From Promethearchaeota archaeon (lineage in GTDB: Archaea > Asgardarchaeota > Lokiarchaeia > Sigyniarchaeales > SOKP01): a stretch of 32,000 bases of DNA. Positions 1 through 8,355 of the stretch are shown here, in pieces. A program made the translations under genes and the position numbers. Numbering within the stretch: position 1 is the first letter of the stretch; each line of letters starts with the position of its first letter. The notes below the pieces were generated by a model, which saw only the letters and a list, made by a program, of their open reading frames with translations, searched no databases and had not been told where the DNA came from. The DNA is taken from positions 90,001 through 122,000 of the forward strand of contig JAUWGH010000004.1 of the NCBI GenBank assembly GCA_030606485.1, given 5' to 3'.

Positions 1-47
1 TCAGAGGCTCTAAAACCAAGTTTTTCAATAAGTGTTAAATCCTTCAT
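1..47 (-). CDS. N-terminal fragment of a gene running off the left end (MKDLTLIEKLGFRAS...), function unknown
   Basis: ATG at 47-45 on the minus strand, 65 nt downstream of the corrinoid gene stop and co-oriented with it; open to the window edge; only 15 codons visible. Confidence 0.45.
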   Translation of the reverse strand, partial: MKDLTLIEKLGFRAS

Positions 48-112
48 ATTTTAATCTCGCATTTCCTATCAAATAATTTATTAAAAATAGTAGGTCCATC
101 TGCAATTTGATA

Positions 113-775
113 TTATAATTTAATATCTACAGTTATTTTGGCTAATTGTTTTATTCTTCTTACTCCTTCAACTGCATCATCAGCGAAATCATCAGCACCC
201 AGTTTTTTGGCAAGTTCCATATTTAATGGCGCTCCTCCAACGATAATTTTAACTTTATCTCTTAAACCAGCTTTTTCAAGTGCTTCATGAACATTTTTAA
301 TTTCCTCAACTGTCATCGTCAATAAAGTACTAAGACCGATAATTTTTGCCTTAGTTTTTTTTACTGCCTCAACTACTTTCTCTGCAGGAATATCCATGCC
401 AATATCTATCACTTCGAAATCAGCACTTAAGAGTAAAGATGATAGAATATTTTTTCCTATATCATGATTGTCTCCACGAACAGTAGCCAGAATAATCTTG
501 ACTTTTTCTTTCCCCCCACCTTCGGCTTGTAATTTTGGTTTAAGGATTTTAAACGCTTCTTTCATTGTCTCACCCGCAAGAACTAATTCAGTAAGATAAT
601 ATTCCTTTTTTTCATATAATTCTCCAACTTTATCCATGCCTTTGGTTAATGCATCTAAAATACTCATTGCGGTTTTCCCCTCACTCAATGATTCTTTTAC
701 AGCGTCTGCAATGTCGTCAACCTCAAGCTCAATAATTAATTCGGTTAATTTTTCAAATTCCATTTTATTCAACAC
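113..775 (-). CDS. Corrinoid (B12-binding) methyl-carrier protein, MtbC/MttC/MtaC-like
   Basis: N-terminal four-helix cap followed by DxHxxG (GDNHDIGKN), SxL (GLSTLLT) and GGA motifs; start GTG 775 or ATG 763. Confidence 0.93.
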   Translation of the reverse strand: MLNKMEFEKLTELIIELEVDDIADAVKESLSEGKTAMSILDALTKGMDKVGELYEKKEYYLTELVLAGETMKEAFKILKPKLQAEGGGKEKVKIILATVRGDNHDIGKNILSSLLLSADFEVIDIGMDIPAEKVVEAVKKTKAKIIGLSTLLTMTVEEIKNVHEALEKAGLRDKVKIIVGGAPLNMELAKKLGADDFADDAVEGVRRIKQLAKITVDIKL

Positions 776-939
776 TTAATTCATTATTTACTACAAAAAG
801 ATATTATTTATTTATTATTTTAAATTCTAAAAAAGCTTTTCTGAAGTAGTATTAATAAAAGTTAACTGAATGATTTCGCTTGAAAATTTTAAAAAATATT
901 TAATAAATTTTTAATTCTGTTTTTCTTTTCTTAAGAAAT

Positions 940-1707
940 ATGGAAAAAAACAATAATTTCATAAATTCTGAAGTATCGATTGAAACTAAAATAAATCCAA
1001 TAATTATTTTAAAAAATGTTCTAAAGGAGTATGTAATCGGAGATTGGATTGTTAGAGCTGTAGATCATGTAAATCTATCGATTTTTGAATCAGAATTTGT
1101 CACAATTGTAGGCCCTTCAGGAGCGGGTAAAACAAGCCTATTAAATTTAATTGGGGGATTAGATTCAGTAGATGAGGGGGAAATTTATAATTCGGGGATA
1201 AAAATTACTGATATGTCTGAAGAATCCTTAGCACTTTTCAGAATTTTTAATATTGGATTTATCTTTCAGAATTATAATCTCATATCAACTCTAACTGCTG
1301 AGGAAAATGTTATTTTTCCCATGATGTTGGCTGGAATGACCTTAGAAGAAAGAAGGGACAGAGCCTCTAAATTATTGGAAGAGATGAGGCTAGAAGAGAG
1401 AAAAGAACATTTACCATTCCAGTTAAGTGCAGGGGAACAACAAAGGGTTGCAATTGCCCGGGCATTGGGTAATGATCCTCCAATAATCATTGCAGATGAA
1501 CCAACAGCTAATTTAGATATGGAGACTGCAGAATTTATTGCAAAATTATTTAAAAAACTAAAAGAAAGCAAAAAAACTTTAATAGTTGCAACTCATGACA
1601 AGGCTTTAATTAATCATGCAGATAGAATAATAACTTATAAAGACTCGAAAATAATCAAGCAAGATATTATACATGATATTTTAAAAGATAATAAAAACTT
1701 TAAATAA
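940..1707 (+). CDS. ABC transporter ATP-binding protein, LolD/MacB/SalX-like
   Basis: Walker A GPSGAGKT, Q-loop FIFQNYNL, signature LSAGEQQR, Walker B IIIADEPT, H-loop ATHD. Confidence 0.95.
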   Translation: MEKNNNFINSEVSIETKINPIIILKNVLKEYVIGDWIVRAVDHVNLSIFESEFVTIVGPSGAGKTSLLNLIGGLDSVDEGEIYNSGIKITDMSEESLALFRIFNIGFIFQNYNLISTLTAEENVIFPMMLAGMTLEERRDRASKLLEEMRLEERKEHLPFQLSAGEQQRVAIARALGNDPPIIIADEPTANLDMETAEFIAKLFKKLKESKKTLIVATHDKALINHADRIITYKDSKIIKQDIIHDILKDNKNFK

Positions 1708-1727
1708 GCAAAATAGAGGGATATTAA

Positions 1728-3620
1728 ATTTCATTAGATTTTGCGATAAAGGATTTAATAAGAAAAAAAGAAACTACTATCCCAAATTTAGTCATAGTTA
1801 TTTCAGTTTCAGCATTAGTAGTTTATTTCATATATTTTTGGAATTCTTTAGGAGTTAATATATTCTATGAAAATAGGTATTTATTCACAGCAAGCATCCG
1901 TGAAATTTACTATGAATTTAATGTTTTTATTTTAATTTTAGTGTTTATCATAGCCGGCACAGTTATAGTTATTATAATCTCGTCTTTATTTGTGTATAAA
2001 AAGAGAGATATTGCGATAATGAAATCTTTAGGAACTTTACGCGAGAAACTTTATAGCTTTTATATGAAAGAAGCATTAATTATTTATCTCGTTGGCTTTT
2101 TAATTGGATTCATTATAGGGATATCATCTTATGGATTAACTAGTTTAGTTTTAATTTTTCTTAATTTTTCAGTAAATATTTATATAGATTTTTTTTGGAC
2201 CCCTATTTTTTTCTTCTTAACTCTATTAGCCGTTTATATCATTAGTGGTTATGTATTAAGAAAAATCACTCAACAAAAGATTCAGTGGATATTTTCGAAA
2301 GATATACCACATGATTTTGATGCACAAAAGACATTAACATTAATCCCTAGATGGCTTTCTCGATTTGGATATAATCTTAAAATTGCTATTACCAATATAA
2401 TTAGAAGAAAAGGTGAATTTAAGAGATTTTTAATTTTATTTGGTGCGATAATGACTCTTATTTTTACACTTACGATTGGGGTTTTTGTGATGACCTCATC
2501 AGCAGAAAATTGGATTGCTAAATCACAAGGAAATAACATAATTGTAATCGGTCATAGAGATGTAGTATATAATTATTCTTTAATGTATCAAAAGTTTTCT
2601 GATTTAGATATTGATACCAACGAATCAACAATTAATTTTACCAAATCAAATTATTTATTTAATAGTAGTATTTTATCCTCATTTGAATCAATTGAAGGTA
2701 TTCAAAAAATAGATAAAAGATTAATTGCTTTTTCAACAATAAAAGAAATTAACAGTTCAATAATTATTGAAGGGCAGTATATCTATGTAGGAAAAGATAG
2801 ATACGCCACAATTCCTTTAATTGGAGTTGATCCAAATGAGATGAGCCAAGATTTTGAAATTGAAGGGAAATTTTTTACAGATGAAGATGGTTATGATAAT
2901 ATTACAATAGGCGATTCTCTTGCAAGATATACATTTTCTATTCCATTATATCAGAAATTAAGAGTAGGGAATGGCACTTCATATCACATAAAAGGAATTT
3001 TAATCGATAGTTTTAATAATGGATTCACAGCATATTTTAATTTAGAAACGTTAAATGAAGAAATGGGCTTACCCACAGATAATATTAATATCATTCTGAT
3101 TCAAGCTAATTCAACTGAAATTGATGCATTGGAAAATCAACTGGAAACAATAATTAAAAATGAATTAGGTCAAGAGTTTATTGCATTGAACATGAATGAT
3201 GTTTTTAATCAGAACTTATTCATGTTGAAGACATTGAATATAATTCCGATAATTCTTATTATCCTTTTCTCAGCAATTTCATGCCTTTCATTATATAATT
3301 ATCAAAAAGTATCTTTACATGAGAAGATTAAGGACTTTATTATTATGAAGGCAATTGGTGCAAAAAGCAAATTATTAAAGCGAATTTTATTCATAGAAAA
3401 CTTCTTTATTATAATTATATCATCTGCTTATTCTATAGGAGTGTCAATGATAATAAATATTATTTTTTTATTTGAAAGAGTTACTTTGCCACCAATTTAT
3501 GAACCATTATTAATATTTATTGGATATCTTTCTATCTTCTTAATATTAAATTTCCTCAGTTTAATACCCTTGAGTAAAAAGATAAAGCAATTTTCAATTA
3601 AGGATTTTGAAGTTTATTAA
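1728..3620 (+). CDS. ABC transporter permease, FtsX/MacB family
   Basis: Two FtsX-type repeats (KKRDIAIMKSLG; KIKDFIIMKAIG), multiple TM helices and an extracellular domain. The frame is open from 1728 (ATT), 71 codons upstream of the tracked GTG at 1941, and encodes a typical FAIKDLIRKK plus TM N-terminus. Start position is uncertain. Confidence 0.85.
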   Translation: MSLDFAIKDLIRKKETTIPNLVIVISVSALVVYFIYFWNSLGVNIFYENRYLFTASIREIYYEFNVFILILVFIIAGTVIVIIISSLFVYKKRDIAIMKSLGTLREKLYSFYMKEALIIYLVGFLIGFIIGISSYGLTSLVLIFLNFSVNIYIDFFWTPIFFFLTLLAVYIISGYVLRKITQQKIQWIFSKDIPHDFDAQKTLTLIPRWLSRFGYNLKIAITNIIRRKGEFKRFLILFGAIMTLIFTLTIGVFVMTSSAENWIAKSQGNNIIVIGHRDVVYNYSLMYQKFSDLDIDTNESTINFTKSNYLFNSSILSSFESIEGIQKIDKRLIAFSTIKEINSSIIIEGQYIYVGKDRYATIPLIGVDPNEMSQDFEIEGKFFTDEDGYDNITIGDSLARYTFSIPLYQKLRVGNGTSYHIKGILIDSFNNGFTAYFNLETLNEEMGLPTDNINIILIQANSTEIDALENQLETIIKNELGQEFIALNMNDVFNQNLFMLKTLNIIPIILIILFSAISCLSLYNYQKVSLHEKIKDFIIMKAIGAKSKLLKRILFIENFFIIIISSAYSIGVSMIINIIFLFERVTLPPIYEPLLIFIGYLSIFLILNFLSLIPLSKKIKQFSIKDFEVY

Positions 3621-3701
3621 GAAACTATTTTGGAAAATTTTTTATTATTGAAATTAGTTATAATTTATTAAGGTAAAAAGTGATAAAAAGAGGTTTTTTT
3701 A

Positions 3702-4892
3702 TTGGAACAACTTAAAGCTGAAGTAGAGCAATTAAAAGAAGAATTAGATTTAAAAAAAAGAGTGATTGACGAATTAAAAACTGATTTAGAAATCAGTGAA
3801 GATTCAATTTCAAGTTTTGAAGAGGAACTCAAAAATTTAAATGACCTTATTAATAGTGCAGGGATGAAACGTGCATATAGTAAAAAAATCCAATTAAAAT
3901 TAGAAGAGACAGAAAAAGAATTAAGAGAATTAAAAAATAATATGGGATTGCTTAGAAAAGAAAAAATACAACTTCAGCAACAATTACAATTGCAGAAACA
4001 GAAAGGACCTAATGCAATGGGACATATTATTGAGATTAAGGAGGAAGAAGTACCAGTTCATAATCTTGTAAAAGATTTAACAAACAAATTGAACAAACAA
4101 AGATTATTAATTACCCGTTTAAAAAACGAATTGAGCGAAAGACCAAGTAAAGAAGAGATAAAATTATTAAAACCAAGTAAAGGCGATGTTGGAAAAGAAT
4201 TTACGCAATTAAAGCTAAAATTTGAAAATAAAGAAACAGAATTAAATGATTTGAAAGAAAAATTTGAGAAAAAAGAAGAAGAAATCAAAGAATTAAAATT
4301 AACTATTAATGATACAAGAATAGAACCAAAAAAAGGAATGGAAACTGGTCCTCTAAGCATACTTGTAAAAGAACTTCAAGATAAATTAAATGAGTCTAAA
4401 ATAAAAAATAGCAAACTCCAAAAAAAGCTAGAAGAACAACTTCAATCCCCTAAAAAAGATAATAAATTTCAAAATCAAGTATCCAAATTGGAATCTGAAC
4501 TAAAACAAAAAGAAGAAGAATTAGATAAATTATTAAAACAGAATAAGAATCTAGAAGCAAAGATTAAAACCGTTGATTCTTCAAAAGTTGAAAAAGTTTT
4601 AACTGCTAAAACTAATGAAATTACCAATTTAACTAAAGAATTATATTTAAATAAAAATAAAATAGTAGAACTTCAATCTCAATTAAATGCAATAGAGCAA
4701 AAAAATTCATCTTTACAAAATGAGTACATTAAATTACAAGAACACCTTAAAGCTCCAAAAATTGATATACAAGAAGGGAATATAGATAAGGAGCAAGAGC
4801 TTAGAATCAGAGAATTACGCACTATTATAGAAACTCTTAAGAAGCAAATAAAACAGCAAAGGGTCGAGATTAACTATTTAAGAAATAAATAA
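3702..4892 (+). CDS. Long coiled-coil protein, function unknown
   Basis: 396 aa, K/E/L/Q-rich heptad-like pattern throughout, no TM segment or NTPase motif; TTG start preceded by GAGG. Confidence 0.8.
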   Translation: MEQLKAEVEQLKEELDLKKRVIDELKTDLEISEDSISSFEEELKNLNDLINSAGMKRAYSKKIQLKLEETEKELRELKNNMGLLRKEKIQLQQQLQLQKQKGPNAMGHIIEIKEEEVPVHNLVKDLTNKLNKQRLLITRLKNELSERPSKEEIKLLKPSKGDVGKEFTQLKLKFENKETELNDLKEKFEKKEEEIKELKLTINDTRIEPKKGMETGPLSILVKELQDKLNESKIKNSKLQKKLEEQLQSPKKDNKFQNQVSKLESELKQKEEELDKLLKQNKNLEAKIKTVDSSKVEKVLTAKTNEITNLTKELYLNKNKIVELQSQLNAIEQKNSSLQNEYIKLQEHLKAPKIDIQEGNIDKEQELRIRELRTIIETLKKQIKQQRVEINYLRNK

Positions 4893-4931
4893 AATTTCTT
4901 CTTTATAATAAAAAATACTTAAGTTATTCTA

Positions 4932-5924
4932 ATGAATTTAGAACTTATTATTCTTGGCTCAAGTGGAGCTATTCCTGTAAAAGATAGGAATTTACCCGGT
5001 ATTTCAATTAGATATAATTCTGAGATTATTCTATTTGATTGTGGTGAGGATATTCAGAGAAGATTTCAGCAAGCTGGATTAAAATTTAACATCCCTTTGA
5101 CAATTTTTATTTCCCATATGCACGGAGATCATGTTATTGGCTTACCGGGTTTATTATTTAATTTTTCTCTAAAGGATAGAGATGCACCTGTCAAAATTTA
5201 TGGGCCTCCATCAATATTTTTATATCTTTTCTTACATAAAAAAATTTTGGGATTATATGCTCCATACGATTTGGAAGTTAATGAAATTGATTTAAAAAAT
5301 TCAAAAATTACAAGATATAAAGGTTTACAATCGGAAATAAAAAAAGAAGAAATTAATATTATTGATAATATTCTTTTTGAAACCAGAAGATATATGATAA
5401 AATCTACAATAGTAGAGCATTCAGTTCTAACATATGCATTTTCATTTGTAGAAAAACCAAGATTTGGTAAATTTAATCCGGAGAGAGCCAAGGAACTTAA
5501 TATACCGGAAGGATATCTTTGGAAAAAATTACATAATGGGGAAGAAATAAAATTTAAAGGAAAAATAATAAATCCTGAAAAAGAAGGAATTGTTGGACCA
5601 AAAAAATCCGGGAGAAAGATAACATATTCAGCAGATACTACACCTTGTGAATCCTTAATCGAGTTAGGCAAAAATTCAGATATCTTGATTCACGAAGCTA
5701 CATATGACAAATCGCTTAATGATGTTGCTAAGGAAAAAAAGCATTCAACAACTATTGATGCTGCCGAAATGGCTAAAAAAATGAATGTAAAACAACTAAT
5801 TTTATTCCATTTCTCTTCAAGATATAATAACGATAAATCTATTGAGCTTTTAATAAATGAAGCCAAAGAAATATTCGAAAATACAATTGCAGCCTATGAT
5901 TTATTAAGAATTGAATTAAAGTGA
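4932..5924 (+). CDS. rnz: Ribonuclease Z (tRNA 3' processing)
   Basis: LGSSGAIP, LFDCGED, HxHxDH (SHMHGDHVIG), GP-type exosite arm, YSADT, HEATY, KHST, LFHFSSRY. Confidence 0.95.
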   Translation: MNLELIILGSSGAIPVKDRNLPGISIRYNSEIILFDCGEDIQRRFQQAGLKFNIPLTIFISHMHGDHVIGLPGLLFNFSLKDRDAPVKIYGPPSIFLYLFLHKKILGLYAPYDLEVNEIDLKNSKITRYKGLQSEIKKEEINIIDNILFETRRYMIKSTIVEHSVLTYAFSFVEKPRFGKFNPERAKELNIPEGYLWKKLHNGEEIKFKGKIINPEKEGIVGPKKSGRKITYSADTTPCESLIELGKNSDILIHEATYDKSLNDVAKEKKHSTTIDAAEMAKKMNVKQLILFHFSSRYNNDKSIELLINEAKEIFENTIAAYDLLRIELK

Positions 5925-6058
5925 AAAGAGTTAAAATAAAATTTGGGCACAAAATCACCCGTTAAAATAGAAAAAATATATTTTATGCTGTGATTAAAAA
6001 TTTTGCTAATATCAACTATCTATTACCTTAAAAAGAAGAAAAATTAAAGAACTTATAT

Positions 6059-6277
6059 TTAGGCGCCACCGGCGATATTTGGGAGTATAATAACTTCGTC
6101 TGTTGCTTTTATTATAGTATCTTTGTCAGCTTTCTTGCCGTTGACTAATATACCAAAAAATTTACTTTCTAGGTTTAATTCTTTTAGTAGAGCTGCGACT
6201 GTTAATTGTTTTTCAACTTTATATGAGGTATATATACCTGTTTCTATAATTTGAGGAATTTGCTCTATTTTTATCAC
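6059..6277 (-). CDS. MoaD/ThiS/SAMP-family beta-grasp (ubiquitin-like) protein
   Basis: 72 aa; LTVAALLKEL, ILVNGK and DEVIILPNIAGG pattern typical of ThiS/MoaD; ends GG-A. Confidence 0.85.
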   Translation of the reverse strand: MIKIEQIPQIIETGIYTSYKVEKQLTVAALLKELNLESKFFGILVNGKKADKDTIIKATDEVIILPNIAGGA

Positions 6278-6489
6278 TTTTTTTTTATTTACTTTTCTAT
6301 TATCTAATATAAATATTATCCTTAAAAAATCTTCGTTTCAAAATTTTAAAATTGTTAAGATAATGTAATGATAATCTTTTTTAGTCATATAAAATTTCTT
6401 TTAATTAAGATTTACAGTTTTCTTACGGGACGATTCAAATTTTTGAAAAAGATATTGAAGACACTCTAGAAGTAGAAGATCAGATTCAA

Positions 6490-8097
6490 GTGTTTATCGA
6501 TCAAATTTTAACTTCAGAAAATAAAGAAAATAAAAAATTCTTAATTTTAGAATTAATAAAATTTATCTCCACTGAAGCCAAAAAGATAGCAGAAATGGGA
6601 GACTTTTTTGAAGCTGCAGAAATTTTATCATCTACAGCAAATTTATTGGAAGAAATTGATCAAGATATTGCAAAAGAACTCTTAAAGAATGCAATGAAAT
6701 ATTGGGATAAACAAATAGAGACTTGCAAAAAACAAGCTAAATTTCTTGAAATTGCTGAATTACACATTAAACAAGCAGAAATATATCGAGACAAATTCAG
6801 GAATACAAAGAAAGAGAAAGAAAATATCCTTTATGCTATCCAATTCCTAAATCATGAAGCCGATGTTCGTCTTGAATTCAATGAGTTAGAAGCGGTTGCT
6901 CGAACATTTCAAAATATCGCGAATTTATATAACCAGATTTCAAATTTTAGAAAAGCAATTAAGTTCAACAAAATGGCAATTAAACTTGCTAAGGAGCACG
7001 GCTATTACCACATCCTTCAATACACCTATCAGCAATTATTTTCTTGTTTTTCTGAGTTAGGCGATTATAATTCGGCTAAAGAAATTGTATTAGTTGGAAT
7101 TGAATATTTCGCTTCTGAGGCATTAAAATATGAGCAAAAGGACATTCTCAACCTAAATTTGTCCGCACTTTACCAAATTATAAAAAAATTATATTTTATG
7201 TTAAACGATACGGATAACTATGTTTCTTATGCAAAAAAAGAAGCGAGTACATATATAAGCATTGCACAATCCTTAGGTAATGATCCTACTGATGCAGAAA
7301 AAAAAGGAACTCTATATCGCGGAGCAGCATTATGCTATAATGAAATTCAAAATAATCTGATTGAGTGTGCATCATGTTTTTTCCTAGCTGGAAATTTTTT
7401 TCATTCAATAGAAAAGAACAGTGATGCAGCAGAAAATTATAATAATGCAGCAATGGTATTTGGGCAAATAGGTAATTACCAAAAAGCTTTTGAATTATAC
7501 ATCAAGGCAGCATTAAATTATCAAAATATAAATAACGTTAGAAATTGTCTTGAAAATTTCTTGAATGCATATGATCTTACTCTTAAAGAGGATATTGAGT
7601 TTAATAGAACTGAACTATACAATTATCTTATTCAAGGACTAAATAAATACGCCAAAGAAAAAATAAAAACAAAAGAATTCTATTCAGCAGCAACGTCTAT
7701 TTTAGAAAGTCTTAAATTTTACTCAAGTCTCAATAGTGCGCGTTTTAGTCCAGAAATATTTGCTGAAATGGTTAGGAGGATTTCGAAAAATTACTATAAA
7801 GCAGCAAGTTTTAAAACCATTCGACCACGCAATATACGATTTAGTTATTTTTTAGCTGCGCTATCACGCCTTTTATTAAAACAAATTGATGAAGCTAAAG
7901 AAATTATGAAAGAGGTTAATACGAATGGTAGCCGAGTGGAAAAATATAAAGCAATTGTAAATCAAATCATTGAATGGATCAATGAAGATAAAGAAATTTT
8001 AATATCGGATTTTCCTCAAAACATACAAAAATTTATTTTGCGATACGACGAAGTTAAGTATATTATTTCTTTATTTGAAAATATTCATGAGTCATAA
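6490..8097 (+). CDS. TPR / alpha-SNAP-like helical repeat protein
   Basis: Repeated A-x-x-x-Y/F-x-x-A helix pairs (EAAEILSSTA, KAIKFNKMA, DAAENYNNAA, KAFELYIKAA); all-alpha; no TM; frame open from 6409, so the start may be upstream. Confidence 0.8.
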   Translation: MFIDQILTSENKENKKFLILELIKFISTEAKKIAEMGDFFEAAEILSSTANLLEEIDQDIAKELLKNAMKYWDKQIETCKKQAKFLEIAELHIKQAEIYRDKFRNTKKEKENILYAIQFLNHEADVRLEFNELEAVARTFQNIANLYNQISNFRKAIKFNKMAIKLAKEHGYYHILQYTYQQLFSCFSELGDYNSAKEIVLVGIEYFASEALKYEQKDILNLNLSALYQIIKKLYFMLNDTDNYVSYAKKEASTYISIAQSLGNDPTDAEKKGTLYRGAALCYNEIQNNLIECASCFFLAGNFFHSIEKNSDAAENYNNAAMVFGQIGNYQKAFELYIKAALNYQNINNVRNCLENFLNAYDLTLKEDIEFNRTELYNYLIQGLNKYAKEKIKTKEFYSAATSILESLKFYSSLNSARFSPEIFAEMVRRISKNYYKAASFKTIRPRNIRFSYFLAALSRLLLKQIDEAKEIMKEVNTNGSRVEKYKAIVNQIIEWINEDKEILISDFPQNIQKFILRYDEVKYIISLFENIHES

Positions 8098-8131
8098 TTC
8101 ATTTTACTCTTTTTTTTAAAAAATAAAGACC

Positions 8132-8186
8132 TTTAAATACTAATTTTAAGAATGGATAGCGTGCAAAAGTAAATTTGCACTAGCTA
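8132..8186 (+). promoter_or_regulatory. Candidate archaeal promoter (TATA box TTTAAATA 8132-8139) with palindrome GTGCAAA-N6-TTTGCAC (8161-8180)
   Basis: TATA-like octamer preceded by an A-rich BRE-like stretch; perfect 7-bp inverted repeat about 22-41 nt downstream, overlapping the expected transcription start. Confidence 0.55.
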
Positions 8187-8206
8187 ACAAAAAGGTGATT
8201 ATTTAA

Positions 8207-8317
8207 ATGAATAAGAAGAGTATTATTGCATTAGCAATCTTATTAGCGGTTGCATACGGAATTAATATGTCTATGGCAGGAGTGGCTATTCCTGGCTGTG
8301 CTGATGGAGTTCCGTAA
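8207..8317 (+). CDS. 36-aa small secreted or membrane peptide (MNKKSIIALAILLAVAYGINMSMAGVAIPGCADGVP)
   Basis: Not in the ORF track. ATG immediately after an in-frame TAA; SD AGGTGA at 8192-8197; basic N-region, hydrophobic H-region, S-M-A cleavage-like site; T-tract downstream. Confidence 0.75.
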   Translation: MNKKSIIALAILLAVAYGINMSMAGVAIPGCADGVP

Positions 8318-8339
8318 GTAATTCAAGCTAATAAGTTTA

Positions 8340-8355
8340 TTTTTTTCTTTTTTTT
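8340..8355 (+). terminator. Archaeal-type oligo-T terminator after the micro-gene
   Basis: TTTTTTTCTTTTTTTT starting 23 nt after the stop codon. Confidence 0.5.

Noticed and set aside
1272-5671. Tracked ORFs 1272-1571, 2282-2539, 4058-4360 and 5198-5671
   Set aside because: Antisense (or out-of-frame) shadows wholly inside well-supported genes; Ser/Phe/Ile-rich composition typical of reverse-read AT-rich coding DNA
8276-8314. Mature peptide has Gly1 and Asp9 like a lasso core, and a Cys like an AgrD thiolactone or lipobox
   Set aside because: The 3-residue tail is too short to thread, there is no Thr at -2, no lasso B/C or AgrB gene is in the window, and IPGC is not a canonical lipobox. Kept only as a generic secreted peptide
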